The notes: generated by a model from the letters alone, not told the origin. DNA of 64,000 bases from Sulfolobales archaeon (GCA_038867615.1 JAWBYA010000001.1:128001-192000), one strand, 5' to 3'; numbered from the stretch's first letter, positions 31,079-41,301 are shown. Numbers and translations are program-made.

Positions 31079-31939
31079 TTATGGGGGCTTGCTAGGGGGT
31101 ATAGCTAGGATCCTATTCAGGGCGGCGGATACGTATCTCTCGTCCTTCTCGATCATTATGAAACTCCTTCCAAGTCTTTTTGCAACGACCCCTGTGGTTC
31201 CAACCCCGGCCATCGGGTCTAGGATAAGATCTCCTGGTTTTGTTGAGATCGTGATTATCCTCTCCATGAGCTCTTCAGGCTTCTGTGTTGGGTGTAACCT
31301 TCTACCCTTCTCATCCTTAAGCCTCTCAGTCCCTGAGCATATGGGTATTCTCCACACGTTATATGCGAGCTTCTTACCCCAATCTTTATAGCAATAATTC
31401 CTCGCAGCCTCCTTGTTAAACGTGTATTTCTTCGAATCCCTATCCCTCACAGCCCATATGAGTGTCTCTGTAGCGTTTGTGAATCTTACTCCAAGCCAGT
31501 TGGGCATGGGGTTTACCTTAAACCAAATAACGTCGTTCAATATCCAGAAACCAAGATCCTGCATAATCCTTCCTATTCTGAAGATATTATGGTAAGTCCC
31601 GATAGCCCAGATGGTGGCGTTGGGCTTCATAACACGCCTAACCTCTGTTAGACACGAGGCTATGAATCTATCGTACTCCTCAAAGCTTGGGAAGATATCC
31701 CAATACTCCTCAGGGCTCTCAACCAACGTTCTAACACCCCACCTAACAAGCCTCTTACCCCTAGGCAGCTGCAGGAAATAGGGAGGGTCGAAGAAAACCA
31801 TATCAACAACGCTAGAGGGGAGTCTCTTCAGAACATCAACACAGTCGCCATGAATAATGCTGTCAAGCACCTCTCCAAGCTCTACACGATCACCAAGCTC
31901 GCTGGATTTTACAAGCCTCACAGAACCGTTCAGAAGCAA
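31079..31939 (-). CDS. Orphan beta-class N6-adenine DNA methyltransferase (CcrM/M.HinfI-like)
   Basis: DPPYFLQL, GTYHNIFR.G, WILNDVIW.K.NPMPN, HPTQKPE, LDPMAGVGTT; no restriction enzyme adjacent. Confidence 0.9.
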   Translation of the reverse strand: MLLNGSVRLVKSSELGDRVELGEVLDSIIHGDCVDVLKRLPSSVVDMVFFDPPYFLQLPRGKRLVRWGVRTLVESPEEYWDIFPSFEEYDRFIASCLTEVRRVMKPNATIWAIGTYHNIFRIGRIMQDLGFWILNDVIWFKVNPMPNWLGVRFTNATETLIWAVRDRDSKKYTFNKEAARNYCYKDWGKKLAYNVWRIPICSGTERLKDEKGRRLHPTQKPEELMERIITISTKPGDLILDPMAGVGTTGVVAKRLGRSFIMIEKDERYVSAALNRILAIPPSKPP

Positions 31940-32282
31940 AACCCCAATAATAATGATACAGGATTGGCTATTTATCGAACCTCCACGTCTTATAAAAGAT
32001 CAAGAGCCTTAAAGCTTGAAAAGTATTACCCATAGATCTTGGACCAAGAGCTAGGAAGCTAAATACTCCATGGTCTGAACTGTATCACTGTAATATTGAT
32101 ATTATAGTTTTAGAGGCCATTGCCGAGTGATAGTGCCTGCTCCTAGAAAAATATACTCTAGGCTTAGAGATCCTCTGAACAATAGTATTGCAAAAATCGT
32201 TTACGAGTAAGAGCATGTCTTGCAGTTCCGAAAATATGATTCCCAATCACGACAATACAATCGTCACTAAACATTGTCTTAA

Positions 32283-33395
32283 TTATAAGATCCCCTTAGC
32301 GATAGTTTTTCTCCTCGCTGTTTCATATGCTTCCCTATCTATTCTTCTCTCGATCATCCATTCTCTTAGGGGTCCTGTTATTACTACTGGTTTTTCTCTC
32401 AGCTCGTCTATGCTTCTAGACCCTGTGAGGAAGATCGCTGCTTTTATTCCATGTATAAGGCTTTTCAGGTAGAGTTTTAATTTTCCCGAGTAGTAGGCTT
32501 CGAGGGCTGGTTTTGCTATCCCAACCAGATCCGCTCCGAGGGCTAGGGTTTTTGCAGCATCTAGTGATGTTCTTACACCGCCGCTCCCTATTAATGTGGC
32601 GTCTGGTGCGGCGTATCTAGCCTCTATGATTGAGGCTGCTGTTGGTATCCCCCATAGTGATAGGTCCTCTGCTATGGCTGCCTTGAGCTCCTCACCCTTC
32701 CTAATAGCCCTGTATTTCTCCACTAGAACCCAGTTGGTGCCTCCGTAGCCCGATACATCGAAGATCTTTATACCTATTCTTCTAAGCTCATCCACAGCCT
32801 CCATTGATAATCCGCAGCCTGTCTCTTTAATGATCACTGGTTTATCTATTGCTGAGGCTATATGTTCTATCCTCTCCACAACTTTTCTAAACGTCGGCTC
32901 ACCCTCGGGCTGGATTACCTCCTGTGCTGCGTTGAGATGTATAGCTATGGCGTCAGCGTCTATCATCTCTATAGCTCTCCTAACCTCGCCAACACCGTAG
33001 CCCTTCACTAGCTGTGGAGCACCGAGATTGGCTATGATAACAGCGTTTGGAGCGACTCTCCTGGCTATTGAGAAAGACTCAACCCTGGAAGGATCCTCTA
33101 GAGCTGCTCTCTGAGAACCTACGCCCATAGCTATGCCAAGCTCCTCTGCAGCCTCTGCTATAGCCTTGTTAACATGGGCAACATCAGCATGACCCCCAGT
33201 CATGCCAGTGATCACTATAGGCGCTTTTAGCTTCTTGCCTAGGAAAGAGACCTCGATCCTCACCTCATCGAAATCTATTTCGGGAACGGCTCTGTGGATC
33301 AGGTGGACATGCTCAAACCACGTAGATCCAGGGCCCTCAACGCTTTCAGTAAGAACGATATCTATATGCTCGAGCTTTCTAGAGGGTGTGCTCAA
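32283..33395 (-). CDS. fni: Type 2 isopentenyl-diphosphate isomerase
   Basis: RKLEHI, MTGG, GSQR, HLNAAQE..QPEG, KETG.G, GGTNW. Confidence 0.96.
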   Translation of the reverse strand: MSTPSRKLEHIDIVLTESVEGPGSTWFEHVHLIHRAVPEIDFDEVRIEVSFLGKKLKAPIVITGMTGGHADVAHVNKAIAEAAEELGIAMGVGSQRAALEDPSRVESFSIARRVAPNAVIIANLGAPQLVKGYGVGEVRRAIEMIDADAIAIHLNAAQEVIQPEGEPTFRKVVERIEHIASAIDKPVIIKETGCGLSMEAVDELRRIGIKIFDVSGYGGTNWVLVEKYRAIRKGEELKAAIAEDLSLWGIPTAASIIEARYAAPDATLIGSGGVRTSLDAAKTLALGADLVGIAKPALEAYYSGKLKLYLKSLIHGIKAAIFLTGSRSIDELREKPVVITGPLREWMIERRIDREAYETARRKTIAKGIL

Positions 33396-34177
33396 TAGAT
33401 TACCACCGTCCCAACATCCTCGTATCCCTTCAAAGCTCTATATATATTTCCCTTCTTTCTACCATTGAATATCAAGGCCCTCACACCCCTCCTCAGAGGC
33501 TCCAAACCCTCCAGGATCTTCTTCCTCATACCCCCGGTGACATCGTATTTAGAGGAGCTATCATCTAGAGACACTATATCGCTTGAAATCCTGAGCTCTT
33601 TGAGAAGCCTAGCCCCCGGTTTCGAGGGATCCATATCAAAAACACCATCCACATTGGTTGCGAAGAGGACTCTTTTGCACCCAAGCTCTAGAGAGAGTCT
33701 CCATGCTATCGTGTCACCGGATAGTATGCTATAACGAGTCTTCCCAGAAACTATGGCGTCCCCGTATAATACCGGGATCAGCTCCCTCTCTAGCATCATT
33801 ACAATCGGTTCGAGGTGATAGCCCAACGAGCCGTCGGATCTCTCATAGAATATAGAGTGGGTTGAGATAGAGACAGCGGGGAGCCCTCTACCCCTAAGCC
33901 TCATAACAAGCTCTCTGTTGAGCTCGCCCATCCACCAAGTCACATCAGAGAATCCCTCTTCATCGATTTCTCCTCTAGAGCTGATGAGGTTCCTAACCAC
34001 ATAGTGCCCATAGCTCCCCCCGCCATGGATTAGGATTATCTTTCTGAGACCCTCTCTATAAGCCTCACCGAGTTCTTGGGCTATAGCTTCTATCGATTCT
34101 CTATCTATTGTTAACGGTCTCTCTTTATCGGTGATCACGGAGCCCCCTATCTTTAGGATCAATGGTTCTCGTTGCAA
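33392..34177 (-). CDS. Isopentenyl phosphate kinase
   Basis: KIGGSVITDK, HGGGSYGH, LSGD, DVTGGM; coupled to fni. Confidence 0.92.
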   Translation of the reverse strand: MQREPLILKIGGSVITDKERPLTIDRESIEAIAQELGEAYREGLRKIILIHGGGSYGHYVVRNLISSRGEIDEEGFSDVTWWMGELNRELVMRLRGRGLPAVSISTHSIFYERSDGSLGYHLEPIVMMLERELIPVLYGDAIVSGKTRYSILSGDTIAWRLSLELGCKRVLFATNVDGVFDMDPSKPGARLLKELRISSDIVSLDDSSSKYDVTGGMRKKILEGLEPLRRGVRALIFNGRKKGNIYRALKGYEDVGTVVIY

Positions 34178-34238
34178 AACCCATCCTAGGAATTTAAGTT
34201 CCGAAGATAATTATTAATTGCGACGAGAGAGGATGAGG

Positions 34239-34622
34239 ATGAGCGCCGAGAAGATCCACGTTAGGTTCTCAACACCACCCGATGTTGCGGAGAAAGTATA
34301 CCAGCTGGTGAGCACAGCAGCTAAAACAGGTAAGATTAAGAAGGGGACTAACGAGACCACAAAGGCTGTTGAGAGAAACCAGGCAAAGCTAGTGGTTATA
34401 GCAGAGGATGTCCAGCCTCCTGAGGTTGTGCTCCACCTACCATTCCTATGCGATGAGAAGAAAGTACCCTATATCTATGTGCCAAGCAAGAAGAGGCTTG
34501 GAGAAGCTGCTGGGATAGCTGTTGCAGCTGCAAGCGTGGCTATACTAGATCCTGGTGAGGCTAAGCAGCTCTACGAAGAGATAGCCAGGGCAGCCAATGA
34601 GCTTAAAACCAAGGGCAAATAG
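34239..34622 (+). CDS. rpl7ae: 50S ribosomal protein L7Ae
   Basis: [35 protein letters not shown]. Confidence 0.97.
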   Translation: MSAEKIHVRFSTPPDVAEKVYQLVSTAAKTGKIKKGTNETTKAVERNQAKLVVIAEDVQPPEVVLHLPFLCDEKKVPYIYVPSKKRLGEAAGIAVAAASVAILDPGEAKQLYEEIARAANELKTKGK

Positions 34623-34660
34623 TCCTAATATATCTACAAATATCTGCCACAACTCATTAA

Positions 34661-35140
34661 CTATTTTTTCCTCTTCTCCCCGGGTTTTCCACCGGTCTTG
34701 CTACCTACCTGCTGCCTCTTGATCGAGACTCCTTTTGCAAAGATAGCGTACCCGACTGAGAGCCCTATAAGGATCCCTGTGATAACACCGCCCGAAATCC
34801 AGCTCGCGATCTCCGTACTACTAGGAGGCCTCGTTACCGGAGGGAGGGTTATATATGATACTACTGTCACAGTGGTTATGTTGCTTATAACCTCCTCTAC
34901 TAGGGGTTCTGTGGCCTCGGTAGTAGTATCGGTAACGTTGGTTGTTATAGCTGTCGCGTTATTTGCTGTATCATTAGATGCTACACTTGTATTCTGATCC
35001 CCAGCTTGTTGGGCATTGATAGTGAGTGGGGCATTGACATACCAAACCGGGCTTGGTAATAGGGAGAGTACTGCTATAATAAAAACGACTAGTACTACGC
35101 CGAAAGATCTAGTGTTCCTCACCACGATTCCCCATCCCAT
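34661..35140 (-). CDS. Small Thr/Asn-rich cell-surface protein with C-terminal TM anchor
   Basis: N-terminal hydrophobic signal, several N-X-S/T sequons, C-terminal TM helix and Lys-rich tail. Confidence 0.65.
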   Translation of the reverse strand: MGWGIVVRNTRSFGVVLVVFIIAVLSLLPSPVWYVNAPLTINAQQAGDQNTSVASNDTANNATAITTNVTDTTTEATEPLVEEVISNITTVTVVSYITLPPVTRPPSSTEIASWISGGVITGILIGLSVGYAIFAKGVSIKRQQVGSKTGGKPGEKRKK

Positions 35141-35302
35141 GAGTAAATTTCTTATATGCTTTTAAGCGGTTTCAGTAGTTCCAGGGCGGTTGAAATGATA
35201 GGCATTGTTTTACTATACCGATCGATAAGCTGTGAAGAAGACCCAATCTGCAGCTTTTAGTACTCTCCATGCATCAAAGCCTAGAAACCTTTTAGAACAA
35301 TG

Positions 35303-35599
35303 CCGTAGCTAACTGTTTCAGATTTCATGATGGTTTATAGGGGTTGATATTAAACTCGAGGTTCTGCAGTAATGGAACATAGTATAAGCTCTATGTAGTT
35401 TACAGTAGATCCGGGATGTGGGGGTTTCCCCACAGCAATGAGCCAGAGCAAAGCTATGAAGGGGAGCTGTGGATCGGGGTCACCTCGAACGGGTGGAGGC
35501 CGAGGATATGGGCCCCAATGATAGGGGCCCTGAGGCCTATGAAGCCATGGGAAGAGCGGTTGGTATAAAAATCAACTGCTATGAAGCCCGAACCCCTGG
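35303..35599 (+). mobile_element. Non-autonomous IS607/tnpB-derived element, family B copy 2
   Basis: Homologous to 13324-13695 at the left end and over ~190 nt of the right end; internal spacer is shorter. Confidence 0.7.
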
Positions 35600-36207
35600 A
35601 GTGATAACCTATACCCACCGATATTAAGTTTTATTGTAGGAGGTGTGGTTGTAGTATCAATGATAGCTAGGAGATCGTCGAAAGGATTGATCCTAATGGA
35701 GATCCAGCGGTTAACAATAACCCCGCTGGGTTGGGAGACCCCGTACGAGATGTAGAGAACACCCTCCCTAGCTCTGACCGTGGAGTAGAGGTCCGGGCCT
35801 TCCAGATCCTCGGGCTCTGGATCCTCTGAGAAGAGAAGGGTTAACACGCCTTCTCGCCTAAACAGCATACTGCTCCATGGTTTCTCACCCCTCTCTAGGC
35901 AGTAGATCTCTATACAGTCATGGACAGCGGATCTTCTGCATATGTTGTAGCCGTGTTTCCTCATATTCACGTATACAGCTACATCATCGTAGGATGATGG
36001 GATTACCAACGAGTAGCCGCATTTATCGTAAACCTCTTTGAGCATGTTCTCATATAGTAGGAAGATCTTTGAGAGGGGCCCGACTATGAAGAGGATATCA
36101 GATCTGCAGTTCGTCTCGCTAATAGTCCTCAGGGCCTTCTCACCCCTAGCGATCATGATTCTCACTCCTTGTTTCCTGCATCTGCAACCTCTATGTTCGC
36201 TCTCCAT
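35572..36207 (-). CDS. Hypothetical protein
   Basis: 211-aa ORF coupled to the upstream DUF447-like gene; last codons lie inside the family B element. Confidence 0.55.
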   Translation of the reverse strand: MESEHRGCRCRKQGVRIMIARGEKALRTISETNCRSDILFIVGPLSKIFLLYENMLKEVYDKCGYSLVIPSSYDDVAVYVNMRKHGYNICRRSAVHDCIEIYCLERGEKPWSSMLFRREGVLTLLFSEDPEPEDLEGPDLYSTVRAREGVLYISYGVSQPSGVIVNRWISIRINPFDDLLAIIDTTTTPPTIKLNIGGYRLSLQGFGLHSS

Positions 36208-36805
36208 AGCACGGATCCCTCGATATGTTTAGGATAGCTTTTCTAAGCTCCTCCCTCGACGATAATCTCCGGCTGTTCTCAACAAAATACCTATGTTCTA
36301 AGCAATACTTCTCGATAATATTGGAGGGGCCTCTGACTATGAGTGGTATTCTTGTGTCTAGGATCACAGCCTCTAGGAGGAGATTCTCAGACCTGCATAT
36401 CCTCGCAACAAGCCCGGGTTCTTTCGGCTCGACTCTATGGTAGGAGAGCACGTTAATAATATAGTCGTCGAAATCCACATCGTATCTATATATATTTACA
36501 TGGATCTCGGCTATAACGCCGCAAAATCCCCATAATTCTCTATCATGATCGCTTACCACGTGTCCCTCGTATAGGAGTTTATAGAATATCATTGGATCTC
36601 TACATATATAGATCACACCGTTATTCCTACTCTCAAGAAACCTCCCTATAGAGGAGCCTCTATAAACCCTTATAATGAGCTTCCAATCCTCTCTTCTAAG
36701 CCCTAGAGGTGAGCAGTAGCTATAACCACTATTCCCGAGCCTGAGACAGAGTATTGCCTCCACAACTCTGCAGCCCTGCCAGAAGAGATCGCTGTTAAGA
36801 ACCAA
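36191..36805 (-). CDS. DUF447-like protein
   Basis: SPLG, RVYRGS, DP..F and R...LLLEA.I..TR pattern. Confidence 0.55.
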   Translation of the reverse strand: MVLNSDLFWQGCRVVEAILCLRLGNSGYSYCSPLGLRREDWKLIIRVYRGSSIGRFLESRNNGVIYICRDPMIFYKLLYEGHVVSDHDRELWGFCGVIAEIHVNIYRYDVDFDDYIINVLSYHRVEPKEPGLVARICRSENLLLEAVILDTRIPLIVRGPSNIIEKYCLEHRYFVENSRRLSSREELRKAILNISRDPCYGERT

Positions 36806-36867
36806 GGGGCCTCAAGATCTACTAGGAGTGGTGATATTTTAGCACATGGCAATATATTCTTAGGAGT

Positions 36868-37881
36868 ATGTTTTTGGAAGACACATATGTGGAGATGTTC
36901 TCGAGGCAGATCCTTGTTGAGGGTATAGGGATAAGAGGGCAGAGGATACTGAGGGGGTCTAGGGTTGCTGTAGTTGGTGCTGGAGCCATAGGATCCAGCG
37001 TGGCTGAGCTTCTAGCCAGGGTTGGCGTGGGTTTCATAAGGATTATTGATAGAGATATAGTTGATCTATCTAATATTGCTAGATGCCACCTGCTAGACTA
37101 TAGCGATTATGTGGAGAAAAAGCCCAAATCACTAGCGGTTGCTGAGAAGCTCTCCAAGATCAATCCCCACATATCTCTAGACCCAGTGATCGATAATATA
37201 GATTCTAGGAACGTTGTTAAATACCTAGGGGATGTAGATCTAGTGATAGACGGTCTAGATAACATGGAATCCAAGCAGCTTTTAAATGAGGCAGCAGTGA
37301 TGCTGGGAAAACCCTATATCTATGTGGGCATCGAGGGTACATACGGCATGGTGATCCCAGTGATCCCCCGCACTACAGCATGCCTTAGATGTGTGGTGAG
37401 AGATATTATGGAGAGTGATAGAGGCTGCGGAGTTATTGGAACACATATCGTTGCTGTATCAATGGTATCCTCGCTAGCAGTATCTATAGCCATCAAGATC
37501 CTTTTGGGAAGACCTGTGGAGAGCAATATATATTATATAGACTCCTCTAAACCCGAGATCTCTGCTTTAAAGGCTATGAAGAGCCCTACATGCCCGGTAT
37601 GCTCGCTAGGAAAATTCGAACTAGTATCGCTCTCACCTGTTACCACAGGATTGCGGGAGATCTGTGGGACTCCTGGGGCTTATATTGCGGAACCCTCGAT
37701 CACAGAGGCGATAGATCCTAGTGAGTGGCATTACGAGGATCTGGGTTATGTGAAGCTATATAAAAACGACAAGAACTCAATAGAGATCTACGTGTTCAAG
37801 AACCACGCTATAGTGCTTAACAGAGGCGGTAAGGATCTTAAAGAAATATTTAAGACGAACATCGCAGGCAGAGGCGTTTGA
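36868..37881 (+). CDS. ThiF/MoeB/E1-like adenylyltransferase
   Basis: FSRQI, GAGAIG, DRDIVDLSNI.R, DGLDN, CLRC, CPVC. Confidence 0.9.
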   Translation: MFLEDTYVEMFSRQILVEGIGIRGQRILRGSRVAVVGAGAIGSSVAELLARVGVGFIRIIDRDIVDLSNIARCHLLDYSDYVEKKPKSLAVAEKLSKINPHISLDPVIDNIDSRNVVKYLGDVDLVIDGLDNMESKQLLNEAAVMLGKPYIYVGIEGTYGMVIPVIPRTTACLRCVVRDIMESDRGCGVIGTHIVAVSMVSSLAVSIAIKILLGRPVESNIYYIDSSKPEISALKAMKSPTCPVCSLGKFELVSLSPVTTGLREICGTPGAYIAEPSITEAIDPSEWHYEDLGYVKLYKNDKNSIEIYVFKNHAIVLNRGGKDLKEIFKTNIAGRGV

Positions 37882-38134
37882 AAAAGAATAGCTAGTATCT
37901 ACCGCTTGTTGCTAGAGATAATAAGTATCGGAGAGCATTAACTCGGTATGCCGTCTAGGCATGGTGATCCCGCTATTACTGATGGTTCGTGTGTGAGCTT
38001 AGCGGTGTCTCTTATCACTATCCAGGGTTGGTATTGAAAGTGACTTGTAACAAAAATATCAAAGCTTATAAACCCTTCTTGATGTGTATCAAAAAGAAAT
38101 AACCCCATTGGTCTAATATCTAGGGGTATAGTAA

Positions 38135-38935
38135 ATGAATATAGCGGTTTTGGTAAAGCTATCTGTAGACACTTCATATATAAGGCTTGATCAGAGCAAC
38201 AGGGTGCTTTTCAGCGAAATACCTCTTAAGGTGAGCGATATAGATAGAAATGCTGTTGAGGAGGCATTGAGGATCAAGCAACAGGGTCTTGCCAATAAGA
38301 TTAGCTCTTTCTCGGTGCTAACGTGGGGGTCTAGTGATAAGAGGGTTGGCGAGGCTCAGAATTTGTTGAGAGAGGTTCTGGCTATGGGTGTTGATGAGTC
38401 GTATCTCTACGTAGATCCAGGGTTTGTGTATAGCCACCTCTACACAGCAAAGATTCTTGCAAGGATGATCAGAAAAGCCGGTGACTATGGCTTGATCCTA
38501 GCGGGCGAGGCAAGCATAGATGGCTATTCATCCCAGGTTCCCTGCAGAGTTGCTGAAGAGCTCGGTATCGCGTGTGTATCATATGCTAGAAGGATCGAGG
38601 TTAAGGAGGGTAGAGTGATCGTTGAGAGAGATCTTGAGGATTTCGTAGAAGTAGTGGGGGTAAAGCTCCCAGCGGTGGTTTCTGTGACGAGGGAGATAAA
38701 CACACCGAGACTCCCAACACTGCTCCAGATAAGGGCTGCGATGAGGAAGCCTGTGAACATTATAAAGGCGAGCGATATAGGGTTAGATCCTATGAAGAAG
38801 ATCCATGAGTTTGTTGCTGAGGGAGTGAAGATCCAGAGGAAGGGCGTTATCATAGAGGGTAAGACTGTTGATGAAAAGATAGAGAAGCTGTTAGAAGCAC
38901 TTGCGAAAGAGGGTATCACACTCTATAGGGGGTGA
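38135..38935 (+). CDS. etfB: Electron transfer flavoprotein beta subunit
   Basis: D.NAVEEALRIK, AMGVD, GEASIDG, INTPRLP. Confidence 0.92.
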   Translation: MNIAVLVKLSVDTSYIRLDQSNRVLFSEIPLKVSDIDRNAVEEALRIKQQGLANKISSFSVLTWGSSDKRVGEAQNLLREVLAMGVDESYLYVDPGFVYSHLYTAKILARMIRKAGDYGLILAGEASIDGYSSQVPCRVAEELGIACVSYARRIEVKEGRVIVERDLEDFVEVVGVKLPAVVSVTREINTPRLPTLLQIRAAMRKPVNIIKASDIGLDPMKKIHEFVAEGVKIQRKGVIIEGKTVDEKIEKLLEALAKEGITLYRG

Positions 38936-39867
38936 GGGTGTTGAAGATCCTCTTGGCTGGGAGAATAGCGGAGGTTGCAGAGCTAACAGGGTTTATAGCA
39001 CCGATTTCTAGTACTGCTGATATAAATGCACTGATCTTTGGAAAGCCTGGCGAGGATGAGATCCGCTCGCTAAGCGTCTCTAAAGCAATTGTAGCCGAGA
39101 ACGCTGATCCTAGCTATGCAGACGACGTGGTAGAGGCTCTCAAAACAGTTCTTGGCAAGGAGGTCTATGACTATATAGTGCTTATAGCCACAAGGATCAA
39201 TAAAGAAGCAGGAGCTAGAGTGGCGCAAACCGTAGGGGCGCCTGCTATAACAGAAGCTATAGGAGTGAGGCTAGAGGATGGAAGCCCTGTCTTTATAAGG
39301 AGCGTAATGGCTGGCAAGGCTGTTTCAAAAGAAACGTTATCGAGTCCTGCAGTGATCATGGTGGCGCCTGGGAGGAATAAGCCAGCCGATACTGGGAAGA
39401 GAGTGGGCGAGATCCAGAGGATCAGCATCTCTGGCAAGAGGTCTGTGGAGGTTATCGAGAGAAAGGGTAAAGAGAGAAAAGGGGTAAGGGTTGAGGACGC
39501 TGAGATCATAGTATCTGTTGGGAGGGGTTTTAAATCGAAAGAGGATCTATCTATGGCTTTCAAGCTAGCGGAGCTTATAGGAGCACAGGTTGGGTGTTCC
39601 AGACCAATAGCGGCTGATCTTAAGTGGCTCTCGGAGGAGCACTGGATAGGGTTATCGGGTAAGAAGGTCAGGCCAAAGCTATATATGGCGATAGGTATAT
39701 CGGGGCAGCCGCAGCATCTTGCGGGGATAATGGACTCCAAGATCATTGTGGCTGTTAATAAAGATCCTGGGGCGCCTATATTTAAATACTCCGACTACGG
39801 TGTAGTAGAGGATCTATATGTATTTATACCAAAGCTGATGGAGAAGCTCTCCACGCAACAAAAGTGA
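38932..39867 (+). CDS. etfA: Electron transfer flavoprotein alpha subunit
   Basis: VSVGRG, GCSRP, IGLSG, GISGQPQHLAG, AVNKD..APIF. Confidence 0.93.
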   Translation: MRVLKILLAGRIAEVAELTGFIAPISSTADINALIFGKPGEDEIRSLSVSKAIVAENADPSYADDVVEALKTVLGKEVYDYIVLIATRINKEAGARVAQTVGAPAITEAIGVRLEDGSPVFIRSVMAGKAVSKETLSSPAVIMVAPGRNKPADTGKRVGEIQRISISGKRSVEVIERKGKERKGVRVEDAEIIVSVGRGFKSKEDLSMAFKLAELIGAQVGCSRPIAADLKWLSEEHWIGLSGKKVRPKLYMAIGISGQPQHLAGIMDSKIIVAVNKDPGAPIFKYSDYGVVEDLYVFIPKLMEKLSTQQK

Positions 39868-39905
39868 GTTATTTCTAGATATTTTTTCTATAGCGCGTTT
39901 TTGTT

Positions 39906-40352
39906 CTACATAGTTATTGATGGCGGTGGTGTTCTCCTCTCTCTCCCAACATCCTCAGAGGCTCCTGACCTAGCCATTGTGAGCATTGTCAGAGGATTCA
40001 CTTTACCCTCTCTAAGCATCTTATCAGCATACTCCCTGAACATCGATGTGTGCTTTATATCAAGCTCCAAGAGTGCTTGTAGCATGTTGAACGTAGCATT
40101 CCATACCTCCAGCAGGCTCTGCTTATCCAGGTTGGCTAGTATTAATGGGTCTTGTAGCCATTGATCAAAGGCTTTTATAGTTCTACTCATATGCTGGAAA
40201 GCCGCCCTTGTGGCTAGGATGAGCTCAAGTCTATCGAGCGCGTCTCCTTTCCTCTTTATCTCCTGATCAATGCTCTTGAACAGCTCCGCTGTTCTCTTCT
40301 GCATGTTTACCCATTCGTCTAGGTTGCTTAGGAAGTACTGAGCCATACGCAT
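39906..40352 (-). CDS. Conserved crenarchaeal protein (DUF2153-like)
   Basis: WV..QK, DRLELILATR.AFQHM.RT.KAFDQWLQDP, LELDI.HTS. Confidence 0.75.
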   Translation of the reverse strand: MRMAQYFLSNLDEWVNMQKRTAELFKSIDQEIKRKGDALDRLELILATRAAFQHMSRTIKAFDQWLQDPLILANLDKQSLLEVWNATFNMLQALLELDIKHTSMFREYADKMLREGKVNPLTMLTMARSGASEDVGRERRTPPPSITM

Positions 40353-40526
40353 CTCCTCCCTCTAGTGAGAATTATCTTAGAAAAGTTATAAGCCATAATG
40401 ATACAATGGATCGTTACTGGATCATTGATACTACACTTGTGAAACAAAAGACCAACGGCGAAACAGATAGTTATAAAATCATCAGCCATTTAGTCTTGTT
40501 ATGTTGTTTATTAGGGGATCCACTCT

Positions 40527-40964
40527 CTATTCAACTATAATATCGGCTATCATTGCGTAGTGCCCTATTCCGCACAGCTCTGCACATACAACAGTGTATT
40601 TACCAGGCTTGTCAACCTTAACCCAGAGGGTGTTTATATAGCCGGGTATGGCGTCTATTTTTAAGCCTAGCTCGGGAACAAAGAATGCATGGGCAACATC
40701 TCTGCTGGTTATATCAAGCCTATAGAGCTTACCCTTCTCCAGATAGAGTGTTGATGACGAGCTTCCATTGGGGTATATGAATCTCCATCCGAATTGGTAG
40801 CTCTCAACCTTTATTACGGTATATGGCTCGCTAACCTGGGTACTCGGTGCCCAGAGTACTTGAAGTCCTTCTATGGATATGATTGCGAGGTATGCTAGTA
40901 TGAGTGATGTGGCCACTATTGTTGCTATCTCGAGAACCTTGAAGATCTTGCTATGCTCGGTCAT
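40527..40964 (-). CDS. Heme-copper oxidase subunit II, CuA domain plus one TM helix
   Basis: QFGW, DVAHAF, DAIPG, CAELCGIGHYAM CuA motif; ATG 40964 follows a GGAGG RBS. Confidence 0.9.
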   Translation of the reverse strand: MTEHSKIFKVLEIATIVATSLILAYLAIISIEGLQVLWAPSTQVSEPYTVIKVESYQFGWRFIYPNGSSSSTLYLEKGKLYRLDITSRDVAHAFFVPELGLKIDAIPGYINTLWVKVDKPGKYTVVCAELCGIGHYAMIADIIVE

Positions 40965-40965
40965 G

Positions 40966-41229
40966 CTAGAGCTCAGCCTCCTCACCCCTAGCCCTAAACC
41001 TTATTACGAAAAATATAAGTGTTCCGGCGAATATGCTGAAGACGGTCATAGCTAGTAGGAATGTTATCTGGTGGGCTGCATTGATGATCCTGGTTTGAGG
41101 TGAGAGATCAGGATCTCTAAACAGCCCCCAAGATCCTATATACATGCTTACTACGAATACAAACAAGATAGTCATAACCCATGCTAGGTAGTCCTTCGCG
41201 CTAAGGATCTTTCGCTGTTCCTGCAACAA
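40966..41229 (-). CDS. Membrane protein resembling the N-terminal part of oxidase subunit II
   Basis: 87 aa, two hydrophobic helices ending FVIRFRAR; stop lies 1 nt before the CuA gene ATG. Confidence 0.6.
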   Translation of the reverse strand: MLQEQRKILSAKDYLAWVMTILFVFVVSMYIGSWGLFRDPDLSPQTRIINAAHQITFLLAMTVFSIFAGTLIFFVIRFRARGEEAEL

Positions 41230-41301
41230 AACCCCTGGTATGATAAGTTCTCCAAAAATATAAAACTATATAATAGGATCGGTAGGGAGGCTCTGGATAC
41301 A

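Noticed and set aside
37961-38015. Possible C/D box sRNA (ATGGTGA...CTGA...TGTGTGA)
   Set aside because: No terminal D box at the expected spacing and no rRNA/tRNA target I can identify.
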